Origin: an uncultured Spirochaetales bacterium
Lineage (GTDB): Bacteria; Spirochaetota; Spirochaetia; CAZEKV01
Direction of reading: 5' to 3'
Length of the DNA stretch: 50,073 bases
Assembly: GCA_964512945.1 (NCBI GenBank)
Contig: CAZEKV010000001.1
Span: 1 to 50,073 of the forward strand
Shown here: positions 46,715 through 50,073 of the stretch, in pieces
How the letters are laid out: each line of letters opens with the position of its first letter
Numbering within the stretch: the stretch's first letter is position 1
Program-made: the position numbers and the translations under genes
Notes under the pieces: model-generated
Seen by the model: the letters and a program-made list of their open reading frames with translations, nothing else
What the model was told of the DNA's origin: nothing
Databases searched by the model: none

Positions 46715-48085
46715 TTAAACGGATTGGATGGGGGGCTGCCTGTTTTGTTTTCTCAGGATGGAGTTTGGATTGTGGATTTGCAAAAGTAGTTTGTCGGCTA
46801 TTTTTGCCGTTCTCCTCCCCAGGGAATAGAAGCCCTTCCAGAGAGCCTTGCTGTATTCGTGGTTTTTTATGTGCTTTTCAGCCAGTATCAGGTCGTCCGG
46901 GTAGGGTATTGTTTTCTGTTTTATCATTATTTCCATGAAGTATTTAAGGAAATTTGTTGATGCGGTTTTCATTGACTCGGTAAATGTTGTGTTTTTTATA
47001 TAGGTAAAATCGCATTTCTCGTGGGTGGCTCCAAATCTAAGAGAATCCAGGCGGACGTATTTTATTTCCTGAAATGTCAGCATCATAATATGAACCTTCC
47101 GCAGGTATTTCATATCGGCTTCTGTGATACCGATTTGCTCCAGTGTATATCCGATGTAGGACAGTATTGAAACGCAGTCGTAGGTTCTGTTAACAAGGTA
47201 TTTCATGGAAAAATACCATTCATCGGGTTCCAGTAGAAGTTCATTTCCCCTTTTTAGTTTTAGGATAAATTCGGTTGAACCTATGACATTTTCAACCTTT
47301 CTAATGTTATCCTGGAATTTGATTCCCAGCCCATCGCCCCTTTTCAGCTTTCCATAAGTGTAGTGTTTGCCGTTTATTCCGATTAATTGATCAATAATAA
47401 CAATATCGGGAAGGGGTTTGGTCTTTGAAAAAAGGTATTCCCTTATCTTTTTATCATCATTGAATATTATATAGCTTTTTTCTATTAACTTATAAAACAT
47501 TAGATTCTGGAGAACTTTATATTCATTCCCTTTTTTCGCGAGAGAGATGTCTGTATTTTTTGTCAGCTGGTCAAAGGTTAAAAGGGTAAATGCGGGATTG
47601 ATTTCCACTTCAATTTTATATTCTCTCCACATTTCCTTTTTCAGGACGGATAATCTTTTTTGAAGCAATAGAAGATCTTTATTTGTTAAATTCCTTACAA
47701 TAATATTAAAATCAAAATCCGAACAAATATGAACGCCTATATCGTTGTAGTTTGAAAGGGTTCTGCCAAAACCAAACATAAACATCTTATTTTTGATTCT
47801 CTCAGGCAGGGAATTTAGAAAAATAGTAATATAATTCTTGATAATGTACTTATTAAGCATCTGCCTGCTGAATAAGCGGGGATGATAGGGCTTGCTTTTT
47901 TTCTGATTAAGGCGATCGGGGATTATCGGCATCCTGTCTATTTTAAGGCTGTTTTGAGTAAATATTTCTGTAAGGTATTCCTTCTGTTTTTTCGAATTTT
48001 TTTGATCGATACCATCAAAATATTTCTGTTCGCTAATATAATTTTTTGAACTGTGATTCCTTTTTTTATCCGGTTTTGTCTGCAT
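46715..48085 (-). CDS. hypothetical protein with a Pol-beta-superfamily nucleotidyltransferase motif (GlnE/GlnD-like)
   Basis: 456 aa, very AT-rich. Lys-rich N-terminal ~100 aa, then FGFGRTLSNYNDIGVHICSDFDFNIIV (G.GR...x...SD.D.). No neighbours on the same strand. Confidence 0.55.
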   Translation of the reverse strand: MQTKPDKKRNHSSKNYISEQKYFDGIDQKNSKKQKEYLTEIFTQNSLKIDRMPIIPDRLNQKKSKPYHPRLFSRQMLNKYIIKNYITIFLNSLPERIKNKMFMFGFGRTLSNYNDIGVHICSDFDFNIIVRNLTNKDLLLLQKRLSVLKKEMWREYKIEVEINPAFTLLTFDQLTKNTDISLAKKGNEYKVLQNLMFYKLIEKSYIIFNDDKKIREYLFSKTKPLPDIVIIDQLIGINGKHYTYGKLKRGDGLGIKFQDNIRKVENVIGSTEFILKLKRGNELLLEPDEWYFSMKYLVNRTYDCVSILSYIGYTLEQIGITEADMKYLRKVHIMMLTFQEIKYVRLDSLRFGATHEKCDFTYIKNTTFTESMKTASTNFLKYFMEIMIKQKTIPYPDDLILAEKHIKNHEYSKALWKGFYSLGRRTAKIADKLLLQIHNPNSILRKQNRQPPIQSV

Positions 48086-48276
48086 TGTTTTTGTTATAAA
48101 TCCAATCTATTTACAATTTTTTATGATAAAGTACAACGAAAGTCTAATTAGATCGGACAGCTTGTTCAAGGATATAGATGGGTATAATGATTTGTTTAAG
48201 AAAAAAATAAAAAATAGTTACTTTTTTGGGGTAAGAGCGTAAATAAAAGGTAGAAAATATATCCTGGAGGAAAAAT

Positions 48277-50073
48277 ATGTCTAAGAAAATACCATTGTCT
48301 ATGTCAATATTTTTAATTGGAGCGTTTATGTGTGCTTCCGGAGGTGGGGGGCTTTCACAAAAGGGGAAATTAGCGGAATCAGAAGAACTGGGGGGAGAAG
48401 AGAGATACCTTACGTATGTATCAACGGATAAACCCATATATAAGATTAATGATGATATCTATGTAAGGGGGCTTCTGCTTAAAGCTGATTCAAATATCCC
48501 CTATCCGGATGATATTTCATGTGTTGTCAGGGTGACAGGCTCAAGGGGAGAGAGGGTTTACGAATCTTCTTCCACCTTTCAGAAGGGAATCCTTGGAGTC
48601 AAATGGAGGATTCCGATGGATCTCCCGGGGGGAGAATACCGGATAAAGATAGAATGTTCGGGTAACAATACCCTTTACTCTTCTGGAGAACGAAAAATCA
48701 GGATAAGGGCTTACAGAGCTCCGAGGTTGAAAACGGATATCCAGTTTGTCAAGGATGGATATTTCCCCGGAGATGAGGTGCGTGTTCTCTGCCAGGTAAA
48801 AAGAGCAGAGGGAGGCATTCCTTCGGGAGCCAGGGTCGAGATAACCGCAAGAGTAGGTGGGATTGAAATTTTCAGGGAAAGATCGAAGGTAAACGAGAGG
48901 GGTGTTGTAGAAACGGTTTTTCCTCTTCCGCTGGATATTAAGTCGCCCGATGGAACGATTGTTTTTAATTTTGATGACGGAGGGATTAGAGAGGCTGCTT
49001 CAAAAACAATTCCCATTATGATGGATAACTATCTTGTAGATTTTTATCCCGAGGGGGGAGACCTTATAGCAGGTCTGGAAAACCGTGTTTATTTTGAATC
49101 AAGATTCGAAAACGGCAAGCCCGCAGATATAAGCGGGAGTATTGTCGATAAAAAAGGCAGAATTATAACGAGTTTTAGTTCTTTCCATGAGGGCAGGGGG
49201 GAGTTTAGTTTCTCCCCTTTAAAAGGCAGGAAATATTTTCTGAAGATATCAAATGCCAGAAAAGAGGGGAAACTTTTTCCCCTGCCAGGGTCAAGGGAAA
49301 AGGGGTACCTGCTAAGAAGCGGGAGAAGTGTTTACAGAAAAAACACTCCTGTAATACTTTCTGTTTCGGGGACTTCTTCAGAAAAGCTGAAAATTACTAT
49401 TTCAAAACGGGAAAAACAGCTTATTAAGAAGACTATAAAAATTCTTTCCGGAAGGTGGACAGAGGTTGAATTGGGGTTGCCTTCTTCGGCTCAGGGGGTG
49501 TTGATAGTTACCCTCTGGCACGGGGAAACTCCCCTCGCAGAGCGTTTGATATACAGGGAGCCCGATGAATCTCTAAATATAGAGCTGGATCTGGAGAAAG
49601 ACAATCCCTCACCCGGGGATACCCTGAAACTAAACATAAAGACTACCTTGAGCAGCGGACGCCCCGTGGGTGCTGTAGTCGGGCTGAGTGTTACGGACGA
49701 TGCTGTATTGAAATTACTGGAAAAGCGGGACACCCCGCCCATGCTTCCTGCAATGATTTTCCTTGAAAATGATGTAAAAGATCTGGCTGATGCCAATATC
49801 TACCTTGATCCTTCAAACCCCGAGGCAGGGAAGCAGATTGATCTTCTACTTGGAACCCAGGGATGGAGGCGCTTTTGTTTTTTTTCCTGGGAAGAATTTT
49901 TAAACGAATACGGGGACAGAGCCAAACGCCTTGCGGCTTTCCAGAAAGAGAGGCCTGTATTTGTACAAAAGATGTTTAAGAACCGGAGGCCTGAGGATCA
50001 AAAATATGCGGGGAATATGCCGGAGGATATCCCTCTGGAGGAGGCGAACAGCCCTGAGGATGAAGAGGCTGAA
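48277..50073 (+). CDS. alpha-2-macroglobulin / MG-domain large lipoprotein (N-terminal 599 aa; continues past the window)
   Basis: Absent from the ORF track because it has no stop in the window. GGAGG SD and ATG 48277. Lipobox LIGAFMC. Repeated MG-like units (TDKPIYKINDDIYVRG, GYFPGDEVRV, PSPGDTLKLNI) and the bait-region-like stretch LSVTDDAVL. Confidence 0.65.
   Translation, partial: MSKKIPLSMSIFLIGAFMCASGGGGLSQKGKLAESEELGGEERYLTYVSTDKPIYKINDDIYVRGLLLKADSNIPYPDDISCVVRVTGSRGERVYESSSTFQKGILGVKWRIPMDLPGGEYRIKIECSGNNTLYSSGERKIRIRAYRAPRLKTDIQFVKDGYFPGDEVRVLCQVKRAEGGIPSGARVEITARVGGIEIFRERSKVNERGVVETVFPLPLDIKSPDGTIVFNFDDGGIREAASKTIPIMMDNYLVDFYPEGGDLIAGLENRVYFESRFENGKPADISGSIVDKKGRIITSFSSFHEGRGEFSFSPLKGRKYFLKISNARKEGKLFPLPGSREKGYLLRSGRSVYRKNTPVILSVSGTSSEKLKITISKREKQLIKKTIKILSGRWTEVELGLPSSAQGVLIVTLWHGETPLAERLIYREPDESLNIELDLEKDNPSPGDTLKLNIKTTLSSGRPVGAVVGLSVTDDAVLKLLEKRDTPPMLPAMIFLENDVKDLADANIYLDPSNPEAGKQIDLLLGTQGWRRFCFFSWEEFLNEYGDRAKRLAAFQKERPVFVQKMFKNRRPEDQKYAGNMPEDIPLEEANSPEDEEAE

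Noticed and set aside
1-50073. CRISPR arrays, insertion sequences, integrases, prophage genes and known defence-system gene sets (R-M with nuclease, BREX, CBASS, TA pairs)
   Set aside because: There are no short regularly spaced direct repeats, no transposase or integrase-like ORFs and no terminal inverted repeats. The only repeat is the intragenic TPR duplication. The methyltransferase and the NTase-like genes lack the partner genes that define known systems.

Overview
This looks like a chromosomal segment from a moderately AT-rich, probably anaerobic bacterium. Shine-Dalgarno sites are present. A V-type ATPase, a type III glutamine synthetase, LxxC lipoboxes and a REC-adenylate cyclase hint at a spirochaete-like or FCB-like lineage, but the taxon cannot be fixed from sequence alone. 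I support 38 protein-coding genes, two of which are truncated by the window edges and missing from the supplied ORF track. I found no rRNA, tRNA, CRISPR array, transposase or integrase.

The first ~28 kb is core metabolism:
- a HemN-like radical SAM gene (partial)
- a plant/protist-type UDP-sugar pyrophosphorylase
- lpd-lipB-lipA
- transketolase
- a seven-gene V-type ATPase operon (E, DUF2764, A, B, D, I, K) with a Na+-type proteolipid signature
- a WecA-like glycosyl-1-phosphate transferase
- GlnN
- fabG translationally coupled to a eukaryote-type chorismate mutase
- a histidine-utilisation operon, hutH-hutU-ftcD-hutI, with a fused formimidoyltransferase-cyclodeaminase

From ~28 kb on, the content is accessory-like and patchily more AT-rich:
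- a REC-class III cyclase
- an overlapping pair: a degenerate nucleotidyltransferase-like gene and a large HExxH lipoprotein
- a ~20-repeat TPR/NlpI-like secreted protein carrying a perfect 204-bp tandem duplication
- an orphan HTH-fused gamma-class N6-adenine DNA methyltransferase
- a jelly-roll-like secreted protein
- a B12-binding radical SAM gene convergent with an ABC ATPase / ABC-2 permease / stand-alone ACP operon, which sits behind a long structured leader
- a coupled DUF89-MBL pair
- a secreted ankyrin protein, an M23 peptidase and an alpha-2-macroglobulin-like lipoprotein (partial)
- a solitary GlnE/GlnD-like nucleotidyltransferase

I cannot demonstrate a known defence or mobile system. 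The best candidates for undescribed biology are the rSAM/ACP/ABC block, the two nucleotidyltransferase-like loci and the orphan methyltransferase. All of these are hypotheses that need database and neighbourhood checks.
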